64,000 bases of DNA from Mustelus asterias (taxonomy: Eukaryota), in the NCBI RefSeq assembly GCF_964213995.1, contig NW_027590189.1:496001-560000 (forward strand), read 5' to 3'. Below, one piece after another: positions 47,131-60,315 of this stretch. Every line of letters begins with the position of its first letter. Position 1 is the stretch's first letter. The notes under the pieces are model-generated. The model was not told the DNA's origin. It did no database searches and worked only from the letters and a program-made list of their open reading frames with translations. The position numbers and the translations under genes were made by a program.

Positions 47131-48067
47131 TCCCGGGGTCCAATGTAATGATAATACAGTCAGTCTCTAGTGCACCATAACCAAAGTTTGGGTCTCATTT
47201 GATAGCGAGTGATTCATGGTCTATTGATACAATAGATTCCAATTCTGTTATGTGCCACTCTGCCACTTACTATTTGACAATAACCTGCCTGTTATTTCAA
47301 TTTTGCTGTATTTTACAACTGCAGCTCCTGGGACTGATTGGAATCTGGTGTAACAATAATAATCACAAAGATCGGTTCCAGTGTCTCTGAGGTCATTTTG
47401 CCTGCAGGTAATCTGACATTAAGAGAGACAAGAGGCCCAACAAACATTTGATTGTAATAGGAGGACAAGGTGTAAGTGGGCAATGATATTTTGAGGTTTC
47501 TGTGTTATGCCGAGTGTCACTGGGAGGTAAGTGGTAAAATAGGAATGCAAACATCATGGCAGAAACATGTGTTACTGACTCTGCCTGACTGAGAGCTGTT
47601 ATACTCAAGGGGAGAATAATGAGGACATGGGGAACTCCAGAGATTTCTGATATCTGTGCTTTATCTGTTCGAGGAACTGAAAATAATCAGTTCCTTCTCA
47701 TGGTTATCTGCAATTCTTAAGTTACACAGACACATGGGAAACAGACCTGACAGCTCATCAAACCCAATGTTTTGATCTTCTGTTTGAGACACATTGTGAC
47801 TGAAAAGATCAAATGTTAACACCTCAGGAGAGAAACATTCAGAATGTCACAAAGATGAATGAGTTGTCCAATTAATCCCATTCACCATAACTCTGTCAAT
47901 TTACCCTCTGCAAGTATTTATCCAATCCCCTTTGAAATTTACTATCAAACCTGATTCTAGCACCTGTCAGTTTGCATTCCAGATTAAATCAAATTGTGTA
48001 AAAACTTATCCTCATCACCCCCTCCAGTAATGTTGTCAATTATGTTAAATCTCTGTGTCCTCTGCTT

Positions 48068-48230
48068 ACCGACCCTCCTGCACCTGGGAAACAGTTTCTT
48101 CCTATCGACAGATCCTCCAATATCTGGGAAATAGATTCTCCCCATCGACAGACCTTCCTGCACCTGAGAAATAGATTCTCTCCATCGACAGACCCTCCTG
48201 CTTCTGGGAAACAGTTCCTCTCCATTGACA
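48068..48230. repeat. Minisatellite, ~40-nt unit x4
   Basis: gaccctcctgcacctgggaaacagtttcttcctatcgaca and variants. Confidence 0.8.
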
Positions 48231-49224
48231 CTATCATAAATCGTGTCATTTTAAACGTCTCTATTAAACCTCCCCATCCTGATCTAAGACAGAAAACCCA
48301 TGTTTTTCCTGCCCTGAAGAATCATATGGACTCAAAATGTTCACTGTTTCTCTCAAACAGATGCTGCCAGACCTGCTGAGTTTTTCTGCTTTTATCCCTG
48401 TTTTTCCTTTTATACTCAATCAGAAACCCTTAAATCGGGTCGCACAGAGACTGAGAGAGATACAGAGGAGAGACAGAAAGACAGAGAAAAATTGAGAGAG
48501 ATTTTAAAAAACAGAAAGTTGAGGTAGTCAAAGATAAAAGCTGAGAAACAGAGGAAACAAGCAATTCAGAGAGAATGATATAAAATCTAAGGGAGCAGGC
48601 TATCAGTTCCTGGCTATGGGGAGCAGAGGGAACTCAGTGACTGATCCACAAATACAGCTCATTATATCCGGAATGGAGACTCTGAACAGGAATAACAGGC
48701 TCATTTGTAAATATCACCGCAATGTGATCCTGTGTGACTCTGATCCTGTGAGACTCTGCCCTGTCTCTGTGGATAGATATAAGCCGCACTGACAGATGTT
48801 CTCACCAGATTGTGGCCCCTGGATTTATTTTCTGCCCAGAAGTGAGATGCGCGGTTTGCAACCGGCAGCAGAGAAACAGGAAGTTGTATTTCCTGAAAAT
48901 GAAACAGGCGACATCCGTTTGATGTTATCACAGTGAACGGTCTTCCTGTCTGTGAGGGTGAACTCACTCTGACAGCATCAAGAACAACCACACAGATTGC
49001 TGCCGCTCTCAGCATTACATTCACCTCCATTCCCATGTGAAACAATAAACAAAGATTATTTGGGTTTTTAACAGTCAATGAATTGGGAGCTGGACTGAGG
49101 GTCATCACTGGGAGAGATGAGGGGGAAATTATAGAAAGGAATGAGTTTTCCCCAAAGAGGGATATCAGAAAATGAGAGTGAGTCAGGGCCTGTCAGAGGA
49201 AGTGGGAGAGAGAAGTGGGGCGAC

Positions 49225-49575
49225 AATGGCCTCGTGGTATTATCGCTAGGTGTTCATGCAGAAACTCAGCAATTTTTCTGGGGACCCAGATTCGAATACC
49301 GCCATGGCAGATGGTGGAATTTGAATTCAATTTTAAAAATCTGGAATTAAGAATCGAGTGATGACCATGAAAATATTGTCAGAAAAACCCACCTGGTTCA
49401 CTAATGTCTTTTAGGGAAGGAAATCTGCCGTCTTTACCCAGTCTGGTCTACATGTGATTCCAGAGCCACAGCAACGTGGTTGCCTCTCAACTGCCCTCTG
49501 AACAAGGGCGACTAGGGATGGGTAATAAATGCTGGCCAGTCAGCGACACCTATTTCCCACGTATGAATAAAAAAA
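49225..49575 (+). mobile_element. tRNA-derived SINE (second family)
   Basis: tRNA-like head tggcctcgtggta...gattcgaatacc; tail gggatgggtaataaatgctggcc resembles the LINE 3' end at ~6577-6635. Confidence 0.7.
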
Positions 49576-49844
49576 ACAGAGATTGAGTCTCTGTAAATTC
49601 GATGTTGTCTCAGACAGAGAAGAGAGATTGAAGGTGTTTGGTGCTTTTTTAGAGAGAGATAACCGGAGAATGAAAAAATTGAGTGAGTTTCAGCACTATC
49701 TGACATAGAAAAGTTAAATGAATGAGTGTCTGAGAGAAAGATAGAGGTTAAGTGACTTAGACAGTATTTGAGAGAGAGGTTAAGTGAGTGAGAGAAAGGA
49801 GCGTGTTTAATTGAGTGTAGGAGTGGAAGGTAAGTGAAATGAGT

Positions 49845-50032
49845 GTCTGAGAGAGAGGAGAGCGATGTTAAGTGAGTCAGTATCTGACAGAGGAGAGATA
49901 TTAACTGAGTACCTGACAGAGAGGAGAGATATTGAGTATCTGACAGAGAGGAGAGATATTAAGTGAGTACCTGACAGAGGGGAGAGATATTAAGTGAGTA
50001 TCTGACAGAGAGGAGAGATATTAAGTGAGTGA
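49845..50032. repeat. Minisatellite, ~30-nt unit x5-6
   Basis: tatctgacagagaggagagatattaagtgag and variants. Confidence 0.8.
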
Positions 50033-50964
50033 GCAGAGGTTCACACAACTGAGAATCACTGAGAATAATCCAAAATAAGGAGATCATCCAGAAAACTACC
50101 AATAGGAATCTTCAGCTGAGCACATCACCCATTCTTAAAGGGACAGTTGGGGCTTGATGCTGCTCAGCTTCCAGTTAAAGGGACAGGCACAGCTTCACTC
50201 TTCTCTCTATTCTGTTTATAATGGTTAAAGGTTGATAGGAGTGAGGTTTATTTAAAAGGACAGTGTGTGGGAAGCCACATCAATAAAACTGGGAATTCTT
50301 GGACACGCTGTAGCTCCTTTTTATCTGGGAATCAAATTGTTGTCTAATTGTCCCAGCAGATAACAGGTTCCTTTGAACTCTCCAGCTGCTACTTTAATGC
50401 AGACTTTAACCAATTTATTTTAAACTGGTTTCTGTTCAATAAACTGGCACTGACACACAAACACATTAAAATATTTTAGACTTTTCTGCTTTTTCAGTCT
50501 GGAAATCTAATCCTGCCGTTTCACTCTCAGTCAGGAACAGATCCCAGTTTTGCACCAATCTCTGATTTAGCAGCATGCTTCCAGCATTCACTGTTGTTCT
50601 TCCTGACTCTAAACACAGTTGTAAAGGAACTTCTGTTCCTGGTCTAGGAGCGCTGAAACATGGAAGGGAGCGACTGATGTTCTTGCACATCTCAGGATTA
50701 AACCACACGGGTACTTTGCTGTCGTGAAGAGAGAAGAGGAAGAGCAAAGTGCTGTTTGTCCCTCTCTGTGACCCTGAAGGACCGCGTCCTGTTTGCCATA
50801 TGATCCACCCCCGATTGTCTTTTCTGAGCTCCAGCCTGGTGATGTTAAACAGTCAGGTGGGAAAGACAAAAATCTACAACAATTTTAAAAACAAAGCTGG
50901 TCTATTTCATATTTATTCAGAATATTAAACCTCAACGGATGAAGACTGTCAGAGTGAACACGAT

Positions 50965-52113
50965 TCAGTCCTGGATATGATTAACAGCATCAAGAAGAGT
51001 AGAATCCAAACCTTGCAGTCGTTTGTGAACTCGCCGGTGTGTTAGCAGGTGGGATGACTGAATAAATCCCTTTCCACAGACATTACAGGTGAACGGCCTC
51101 TCCCCAGTGTGAACTCGCTGGTGTTTCAGAAGATAAGATAAATGAGAAAATCCCTTCCCACAGACAGAGCAGGTAAATGGCCTCTCCGCACTGTGAACTC
51201 TCTGATGTGTCAGCAGGCTGGATGACTGACTGATTCCCTTCCCACACACAGAGCAGGTGAACGGCCTCTCTCCAGTGTGAACTCGCTGGTGATTCAATAG
51301 ATTGGATGAACGAGTGAATCCCTTCCCACACACGGAGCAAGTGAATGGCCTCTCCTCACTGTGAACCTGCTGGTGTGTCAGAAGGTTGTATGAACGGGTG
51401 AATCCCTTCCCACATTCAGAGCAGGTGAACGGTCGATCCCCTGTGTGGAGTTGCTGGTGTATCAGAAGGTTGGATGAATTAATGAATCCCTTCCCACAGT
51501 CTGAGCAGATGAAGGGCCTCTCCCCAGTGTGAATTCTCTGGTGGTTCAATAGGGCAGATGGACGGCTGAATCCCTTCCCACACACACAGCAGGTGAATGG
51601 CCTCTCCCCAGTGTGAGTATATTGGTGCGTTAGCAGATCATTTTTATTTTTAAAGCTCTTCTCACAGTGAGAACAATTAAAAAGTTTGTTATCAGAGTGA
51701 ACAAGTTGATGTGTCTGCAAGTGGGATGACTGAATGAATCCTTTCCCACACACACAGCAGGTGAACGGTCTCTCCCCAGTGTGAATACGTTGGTGTGTCA
51801 GCAGATCCTTTTTGCATTTAAAACTCTTCTCACAGTCAGAACATGTAAACAGTCTCTCATCAGTGTGAACAAGTTGGTGTGTCACAATGTGGGATGAGCG
51901 AGTGAATCCCTTCCCACACACAGGGCAGGTGAACGGCCTCTCCCCAGTGTGAACCCGTTGGTGAGTCAGAAGATTGTATGAATGGGTGAATCCCTTCCCA
52001 CAGACGGAGCAGGTGAACGGTCTCTCCCCAGTGTGACTGCGCCGATGAACTTCCAATTGTGATGGGAAACCGAATCCCTTCCCACAATCCACACATTTCC
52101 ACGGTTTCTCCAT
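50965..52113 (-). CDS. C2H2 zinc-finger protein, 13 fingers (ZNF-C)
   Basis: 382-aa ORF MEKPWKC... with 13 CxxC/HxxxH repeats; acceptor ctacag near 52473. Confidence 0.93.
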   Translation of the reverse strand: MEKPWKCVDCGKGFGFPSQLEVHRRSHTGERPFTCSVCGKGFTHSYNLLTHQRVHTGERPFTCPVCGKGFTRSSHIVTHQLVHTDERLFTCSDCEKSFKCKKDLLTHQRIHTGERPFTCCVCGKGFIQSSHLQTHQLVHSDNKLFNCSHCEKSFKNKNDLLTHQYTHTGERPFTCCVCGKGFSRPSALLNHQRIHTGERPFICSDCGKGFINSSNLLIHQQLHTGDRPFTCSECGKGFTRSYNLLTHQQVHSEERPFTCSVCGKGFTRSSNLLNHQRVHTGERPFTCSVCGKGISQSSSLLTHQRVHSAERPFTCSVCGKGFSHLSYLLKHQRVHTGERPFTCNVCGKGFIQSSHLLTHRRVHKRLQGLDSTLLDAVNHIQD

Positions 52114-53039
52114 GGTGCAGGTGTCCTTGTGTTTCTCCAGGTTGGATGATCAGTTCAAGCCTCATCCACACACACAACATACACGTAGTTTCACCCTGCT
52201 GTGAACTGTGATGTTTTTTCAGGCTGTGTAACTGGTTAAAGCTCTTTCCACATTCAGTTCACTGGAACACTCTCACTCGGGTGTGTGTTTGTCCCGATGC
52301 TTTTCCGGTCATACTGATGTTTAATTTCTTTGCCCACAGGCAGAACAGACAAATATTTCTCTTTCTATATTCAAAGACCAATGATATTCAGCTCCGAAGG
52401 AACTGAATGACTTTGTCAGATGTGATGTCCGGTTTGAATTTTCTGTCTGCCAATCTTTCACTTCCAATATCCTGTAGAAACAGTTTCGAAAAGTCATCAC
52501 TGTCAGAACACGATACAAACTCTGAACAGACAATTCTAGTTTGTCTGGAACATTTTTTCCTCTCTTGTTCCCCCAAATCTGTAAATCTCCGCCCCACACA
52601 CTCTCCCTCCTCCCTGGGCTGAAATCCAAACCCATCTCACCATTTCTTTCCTCCACTCCCAGTTTTCTCCCTCCCTCTCCTCTGTCTGGGTTCAGTTCTC
52701 CAGCTCCTGTCTGCAGACTGACAATAAAACCAATGGGTCTTATTGGGGGTGTTGGGACCTCCAGCGGGCGTTTGTGAATCCTCCCCGCCCACCTCCCAGG
52801 GTTTCCTTCCTTCCCAGAGATCAGAGTCCTCATTGATTTGAGGCCAAAGTGTAACCTCTTATTTATTGTCCCCCTCCCCCATCCTCTGATGTGAACCATC
52901 CTCCAGTGGCTGAGCCAGGATGGGGCCGGTAACCTGGGCCTGTTCCCGGGAGGGAGGGAGGGAGAAGCCCCGCAGCTGCAAACCAGGGAGCTGACAATGA
53001 TTCTGAAGGGTTTGCGGATCCACAAAGTGTTTCCAAATC

Positions 53040-53365
53040 CTCCCAGCCACCGCCTGACGCTGACTCCGCTTCTCCGGGACAAACAAGCGCCAAGGACAGC
53101 AATGACACTGCGCATGCTCCACATCACAATGCCCGGGCACTGATTGACGGCAGCTCCGGACCAATAGGACGAGGGGGCGGAGCAGCGGCTGGTCCTCCAA
53201 CCAATCGGAGTGAATGGGGGGCGGGGCTGGAGGACAGTGCGGGAGCGGCTGGTCCTCCAACCAATTGGAGTGAATGAGGGGCGGGATCTGAAGCATGCGC
53301 AGAGCGGGTAATGGTGACGGACGGCCGGGTTTAACTTGGAAGCGAGATCAATACGAGGTAGAGGG
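53040..53365. promoter_or_regulatory. Probable bidirectional CpG promoter between divergent ZNF-C and ZNF-D
   Basis: NRF1-like gcgcatgctc and gcatgcgca at the two ends, three CCAAT + GC-box modules, plus-strand donor gag|gtagag at ~53358. Confidence 0.65.
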
Positions 53366-53494
53366 CGGCGTGAGGGGAATGATAAATGTGGCGGGTGGGT
53401 GGAGAGATTTTGTAAACATGTTGTTCAATCCCAAACCCCGGAAATGAACTTCCCGGTCCCCCCCTTTGTACCAAATGGAGCGGCAGCTTGTAGT

Positions 53495-53843
53495 CATAGA
53501 AATCATAGAAATCATAGAAACCCTACAGTGCAGAAGGAGGCCATTCGGCCCATCGAGTCTGCACCGACCACAATCCCACCCAGGCCCTATCCCCACATAT
53601 TTTGCCCGCTAATCCCTCTAACCTACACATCCCAGGACTCTAAGGGGCAATTTTTTAACCTGGCCAATCAACCTAACCCGCACATCTTTGGACTGTGGGA
53701 GGAAACCGGAGCACCCGGAGGAAACCCACGCAGACACGAGGAGAATGTGCAAACTCCACACAGACAGTGACCCGAGCCGGGAATCGAACCCGGGACCCTG
53801 GAGCTGTGAAGCAGCAATGCTAACCACTGTGCTACTGTGCCGT
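53495..53843 (-). mobile_element. Young HE1-type SINE, full length
   Basis: (tcatagaaa)3 tail, V-domain, tRNA-like head. Confidence 0.92.
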
Positions 53844-53926
53844 CCTAGTGTTAGACCCGGGCTGACTGCCGCCATTGAGGCTGCATGTGGGAGGCCGGCA
53901 GGGATTGTGATCGGAGAGTGAAGCCC

Positions 53927-54093
53927 TGACGTCACAATGGAATGGGTGAGAGTGTGACGTCACAATGGAATGGGTGAGGGTGTGACGTCACAATGGAATG
54001 GGTGAGAGTGTGACGTCACAATGGAATGGGTGAGGGTGTGACATCACAATGGAATGGGTGAGGGTGTGAGGTCACAATGGAATGGGTGAGGGT
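53927..54093. repeat. Minisatellite, 28-nt unit x6, each starting with a CRE-type palindrome
   Basis: TGACGTCAcaatggaatgggtgag(a/g)gtg x4, then TGACATCA and TGAGGTCA variants. Confidence 0.95.
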
Positions 54094-54137
54094 TCCAGAT
54101 GAGCTGAGACTGGGCTGGAGTCGGGCGATGACACTGA

Positions 54138-55358
54138 CATAAGAACATAAGAACATAAGAAATAGGAGCAGGAGTAGGCCATCTAGCCCCTCGAGCCTGC
54201 CCCGCCATTCAATAAGATCATGGCTGATCTGACGTGGATCAGTACCACTTACCCGCCTGATCCCCATAACCCTTAATTCCCTTACCGATCAGGAATCCAT
54301 CCATCCGCGCTTTAAACATATTCAGCGAGGTAGCCTCCACCACTTCAGTGGGCAGAGAATTCCAGAGATTCACCACCCTCTGGGAGAAGAAGTTCCTCCT
54401 CAACTCTGTCTTAAACCGACCCCCCTTTATTTTGAGGCTGTGTCCTCTAGTTTTAACTTCCTTACTAAGTGGAAAGAATCTCTCCGCCTCCACCCTATCC
54501 AGCCCCCGCATTATCTTATAAGTCTCCATAAGATCCCCCCTCATCCTTCTAAACTCCAACGAGTACAAACCCAATCTCCTCAGCCTCTCCTCATAATCCA
54601 AACCCCTCATCTCCGGTATCAACCTGGTGAACCTTCTCTGCACTCCCTCCAATGCCAATATATCCTTCCTCATATAAGGGGACCAATACTGCACACAGTA
54701 TTCCAGCTGCGGCCTCACCAATGCCCTGTACAGGTGCATCAAGACATCCCTGCTTTTATATTCTATCCCCTTCGCAATATAGGCCAACATCCCATTTGCC
54801 TTCTTGATCACCTGTTGTACCTGCAGACTGGGCTTTTGCGTCTCATGCACAAGGACCCCCAGGTCCCTTTGCACGGTAGCATGTTTTAATTTGTTTCCAT
54901 TGAGATAGTAATCCCATTTGTTATTATTTCCTCCAAAGTGTATAACCTCGCATTTCTCAACGTTATACTCCATTTGCCATATCCTCGCCCACTCACTCAG
55001 CCTGTCCAAATCTCTCTGCAGATCTTCTCCGTCCTCCACACGATTCACTTTTCCACTTATCTTTGTGTCGTCTGCAAACTTCGTTACCCTACACTCCGTC
55101 CCCTCCTCCAGATCATCTATATAAATGGTAAATAGTTGCGGCCCGAGTACCGATCCCTGCGGCACGCCACTAGTTACCTTCCTCCAACCGGAAAAACACC
55201 CATTTATTCCGACTCTTTGCTTCCTGTCGGATAGCCAGTCCCCAATCCACTTTAACACACTACCCCCAACTCCGTGTGCCCTAATCTTCTTCAGTAGCCT
55301 TTTATGGGGCACCTTATCAAACGCCTTTTGGAAATCCAAAAACACCGCATCCACCGGT
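54138..55358 (-). mobile_element. Young CR1 LINE, 5'-truncated
   Basis: ORF 54239-55354 (371 aa) uninterrupted RT C-terminal part; (TTCTTATG)3 tail. Confidence 0.95.
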
Positions 55359-55364
55359 TCTCAT

Positions 55365-55662
55365 GTGGCCCGGTGGCACAGTGGTTAGTGCAGCTGCCTA
55401 ACAGCGCCAGGGACCCGGGTTCAATTCCAGCCTCGGGTCGCTGTCTGTGCAGAGTTTCTACATTCCCCCCGTGTCTGTGTGGGTTTCCTCCGGGTGTTCC
55501 GGTTTCCTTCCACAGTCCAAAGATGTGCCGGTTAGACGGATTGGCCATGATAAATTGCCACTTGGTATCAGGGGGATTAACAGGTAAATATGCGGATAGG
55601 GCCTGGATGGGATTGTTGTCGGTGCAGGCTCGATGGGCTGAATGGCCTCCTCCTACACTGTA
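55365..55662 (+). mobile_element. HE1-type SINE
   Basis: ggtggcacagtggttag head, V-domain, tail. Confidence 0.85.
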
Positions 55663-55829
55663 TTTTATTGTTCATTATTATTAATTCATTACTATTCTGA
55701 TTTACAGCTGTTTCTGAGTTTTAACTGTATCCTCGATTGTGAACACCGAGGCAAAATACTTGTTCAATTCATCTCCCAGCTCCTTATTTTTCATTATCAA
55801 TTCCTGGACTCACTTTCTATTAGACAGTC

Positions 55830-56545
55830 AAGAAATGAGGTGGAGCAAGTGACTGAAGTGTCAGTCAGGGAGCACTATTGGGAGCACCAATAGTTTCAAA
55901 TAGTTTTGGAAAAAGATAGGATAGGTCCACAGGTCCAGGCCCTAAACTGGAGCAGGGCCACTTTTGTGGGCATTAGGCAGGATCTAGCAGATGTCGATTA
56001 GGTGAGTTTTGTTTGAAGGGAAAGGAATGACTGGCAAATGGGAGGTTTTAAAAGTGTGATATCAAGAATCCAGGGGCAGTATATTCCTGTTAAGATGCAG
56101 GGAAAGAATGGTAAATTTAGGGATCTCTGGCAGACAAGGGACATTGAGGCTCTGGTCAGGTAAAAGAAGGAAGCATACATTGGGTTTAGGCAATCGGGGA
56201 CAAGTGAATCACTCTGACTATAAAAAGTGTAAGAAAATACTGAAGAGGGAAATCAGGAGGACAAAAAGAGGGTCTGATATGGATCTGGCAGGTAAGATTA
56301 AAGAAAATTCCAAGAGGTTCTATAGCTATATTAAGAGTAAAAGGGTGGCTAGAGAGAGAATAGATCCCCTTAAAAATCAGTATGGCCATCTGTGTGTGGA
56401 GCCACAGGAGATGGGTGAGATTTTTAATGAATACTTCTCCTCTGTGTTTACTGTGGAGAGCACCATGGGTGCGAAAGAAATAAGGGAAACAAGTGGTGAT
56501 GTCTTGGGCACACGCATGTTACTTGGGAGGAGGTATCTGCAGCCT
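55830..56545 (+). mobile_element. Decayed CR1 ORF2 linker fragment
   Basis: KIKENSKRFYSYIKSKRV...EMGEIFNEYFSSVFT. Confidence 0.8.
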
Positions 56546-56547
56546 TA

Positions 56548-56733
56548 TAAAAGCAAATTACTGCGGATGCTGGAATCTGAAACCAAGAGAGAAAATGCTG
56601 GAAAATCTCAGCAGGTCTGGCAGCATCTGTAAGGAGAGAAAAGAGCTGATGTTTCTTGTCGAGATGACCCTTTGTCAAAGCTCTGAAACATCAGTTCTTT
56701 TCTCTCCATACAGATGCTGCCAGACCTGCTGAG
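56548..56733. mobile_element. Penelope-derived fold-back element with a U3-A8 hammerhead (56682-56644, minus strand)
   Basis: AGCU UUGACAA AGGGUCAUCUCGACAA GAAA CAUC AGCU; inverted cagatgctgccagacctgctgag arms. Confidence 0.8.
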
Positions 56734-57220
56734 AATGGGGAGAGAGTGTGTGGGATGGAGATTTCCAGCTTTTGGGGAATGAGAGAGGTAAGAATGTTCC
56801 GTAGAAATTGTCTGTTCTGAATTTCTAACCTGTTCTGACACTGATGACTTTTGGAAACTCATTTTACAGGATATTGAAAAAGGAATCACAGGCCAAAATC
56901 TCAAACGTCACGTCTAGACGTGACAGAGTCATATTCCTTGGGACCTCAATATCATCGGACTTTGAATCCAGAAGGAGAAATGATTGTCCAGTCTGTCAAT
57001 TTGAAAAGATTTGAAAGGTCAGTGTGAGTGAAAAAGTATCAACACACTGCCACACTTGAGTGAGAGTGTTCCAATGCACTGACTAAAGAGCTTTAACCAG
57101 TTACACAGTCTGAATAAATATCGCACCATTCACAGCGGGGAGAGACTGTAATCTTGTTCTGTGTGTGGACGAAGTTTCAACTGATTGTCCACCTAAGAGA
57201 GAGGTAAGGACACCTGCACC

Positions 57221-57977
57221 ATGGAGAGACCATGGAAATGTGTGGACTGTGGGAAGGGATACAGAGCCCCATCAGAGCTGGAAGCTCATCGGCGCAGCCA
57301 CACTGGGGAGAGACCATTCATTTGCTCTCACTGTAGGGAGGGATTCACTCGGTTATCCCAGCTGCAGTCACACCAGCGAGTTCACACTGGGGAGAGACCA
57401 TTCACCTGCTCTCAATGTGCGAAGGGATTCATTCAGTTATCCAACCTGCAGACACACCAGCAAGTTCACACTGGAGAAAGGCCGTTCACCTGCTCTCAGT
57501 GTGGGAAGGGATTCACTCAGTTATCCGACCTGCAGAGACACCAGCGAGTTCACACTGGGGAGAGACCATTCACCTGCTCTCAGTGTGGGAAGGGATTCAC
57601 TCAGTTATCCAACCTGCAGACACACCAGCAAGTTCACACTGGAGAAAGGCCGTTCACCTGCTCTGTGTGGGAAGGGATTCACTCAGTTATCCGACCTGCA
57701 GAGACACCAGCGAGTTCACACTGGAGAGAGGCCATTCACCTGCTCTCAGTGTGGGAAGGGATTCACTCGGGTATCCAACCTGCGGGCACACCAGCGAATT
57801 CACACTGGGGAGAGGCCGTTCACCTGCTCTCAGTGTGGGAAGGGATTCACTCGATCATCCGACCTGCGGGCACACCAGCGAGTTCACACTGGGGAGAAAC
57901 CATTCACCTGCTCTCAGTGTGGGAAGGGATTCAGAGTTTCATCCCACCTGCTGAGACACCAGCAAGTTCACGAGTGA
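57221..57977 (+). pseudogene. C2H2 zinc-finger gene ZNF-D, 9 fingers, 2-nt frameshift in finger 6 (pseudogene, truncated allele or assembly error)
   Basis: ORF 57221 gives 5 fingers; frame shifts at tgctctgtgtggg (~57659-57671); ORF 57165-57977 frame completes 4 more; paralogue of ZNF-A; acceptor ttttacag at ~56868. Confidence 0.85.
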
Positions 57978-58214
57978 TGACAGGGGTTGGATTCTGCTGT
58001 TATTGTTTCTGCTCTCAGTTGCATCCAGGACTGCATTTTGTTCATTCTCACAGTTGGTCAATGGGAAGGGGCAGAGGGTTTCTTTGTGCTGGACTGGCTG
58101 GTCTCAGCCTCCAGTGGGCTGATGCTCTTTGAGTCTTTTTGCGAATACCTGGTTTCAAATGTCACGAGGATCACAGAGTGACAGGGTGTTAGGAAGTTTC
58201 GAGATATTTAGTCA

Positions 58215-59290
58215 GAAGAAAACAGAGGTTGGCAGTGCAAAGGTACATTTCTGAATGGAGGGCTGTGACAAGTGACATTCCTCAGGGTTCAGTTCTGGGA
58301 CTTTAGCTGTTTGTAATATATATAAATGATTTGGAGGAAAATGTAACTGGTTTGATTGGTAAGTTTGTGGACGACACAAAGTTTGGTGGAATTGCGGACA
58401 GCGATGGGAACCGGCAGAGGATACAGCAGGATTTAGATCAGTTGGAGACTTGGGCGGAGAGATGGCAGATGAAGTTTAATCCGGACAAATGTGAGGTAAT
58501 GCATTTTGGAAGGTCTAATACAGATGGGAAATATACAGTAAATGGCAGAACCCTTTAGAGTATTCATAGGCAGAGGGATCTGGGTGTACAGGTACACAGG
58601 TCATTGAAAGTGGCAATGCAGGTGGAGAAGATAATCAAGAAGGCATACGGCATGCTTGCCTTCATCAGCCGGGGCATTGAGTTTAAAAATTGGCAAGTCA
58701 TGTTGCAGCTTTATAGAACCTTAGTTAGACAGCACTTGGAATCTAATGTTCAATTCTGGTCACCACACTACCCGAAGGATGTGGAGGCTTTGGAGAGGGT
58801 ACGGAAAATATTTATCAGGATGTTGCCTGGTGTGGAGGGCATTAGCTATGAGGAGAGGTTGGAAAAACTTGGTTTGTTCTCACTGGAACGACGGAGGTTG
58901 AGGGGGGCGACCTGATAGAAGTCTACAAGATTATGAGGTGCATGGACAGAGTGGATAGTCAGAAGCTTTTTCCCAGGGTGGAAGAGTCAATTACTGGGGG
59001 CATAGGTTTAAGGTGCGAGGGGCAAGGTTTAAAGGAGATGTACAAGGCAGATTTTTTACACAGAGGGTGGTGGGTGCCTGGAACTCGTTGCCAGGGAAGG
59101 TAGTGGAAGCAGATACGATAGTGACTTTTAAGATGTGTCTTGACAAAAATATGAATAGCATCGGAATAGAGAGATATGGTCCCCGGAAGGGTAGGGGGTT
59201 TTAGTTCAGACGGGCAGCATGGTTGCTACAGGCTTGGAGGGCCAAAGGGCTTGTTTCTGTGCTGTAATTTTCTTTGTTCTTTGTACTGTT
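58215..59290 (+). mobile_element. Decayed CR1 LINE, absent from the paralogous arm
   Basis: ORFs 58331-58558, 58604-58915, 59013-59204; the paralogous flank at ~32500-32540 is uninterrupted. Confidence 0.9.
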
Positions 59291-60315
59291 TGGAACATCC
59301 CAAATGCCCATCCAATTTCCTTTTTAATTGTTTATTGTCTCCACTTCCTCCACCCGCGTAGGCAGCGAGTTCCAGGTCATTACCATTCGCTGCATCAGAA
59401 TATTCTTCCTCCCATCTCCCCCCCCCCCCCCCCACCCCACATCTCTGACCCAAAACAAGAAATCTGTGTCCCCCTCATCCTTGGCCCATCAGCTAATGGA
59501 AACAGCTTTTCTTTGTCCACCTTATCTAAACCTGTCAGAATCTTGTCCACCTCTATCAAATCTCCCTTCAACCTCCTTTGCTCCAAGGGGAACAACCCCA
59601 GCCTGACATTGACAATAAAGAACAAACTAACAGAATACGTTACTGTCTGAAATCAAATGGGAATGTTTAATTTCTGTTTTAAAGACATTGTGAATATATT
59701 GTCCTGGACAATAAAAGAATTGGAATAACTCACCTTGGGTGTGGTTGAATGGAATATATCAATCTGATATCCACCTACAGTCCAGTGAAAGTCTGGAATA
59801 TGTAGCTGGAAGTCCCTTCCTAACAGTACTGTGGGTGTACTTACACCTCAGGTATTGCAGCAGTTCATGAAGGCACCCTTGGGGTTGACCATGGCCAAGG
59901 CAGCTACATACAGCCACATATTCTGTTATAATTGAAGGACTGCAGATTGAATGTGAGGCATTGTGGGACTGGACTATCTTGACCATATTCCTGCGACTGC
60001 CCGGAAACTCGTGTCTATTTTAGTTTATAATTGAGGATTTCTGGGAATAAGTTTAATGCGGAAATATTAAGCATCGCCTGGAGGAATTTGGAATAACTGA
60101 GAATTTTATCCCCAGATAAAGAACAAAGATTTTGCCGGTGGTAACATGTTTGGGATTTTAAATCAACAAAGACAAGATGTTGCCTCTAAAATCAGTCCTT
60201 GTAAGTTGGCTTAAAAAAGGTTAAGTTATAATGAAGGATCTTGTATCTTATTTTAATCAAGGAGTTGTGAGCTTGTTGCTCTGTCACGCTCCGGAAGCTT
60301 GTGGCTTGAGCTAAC

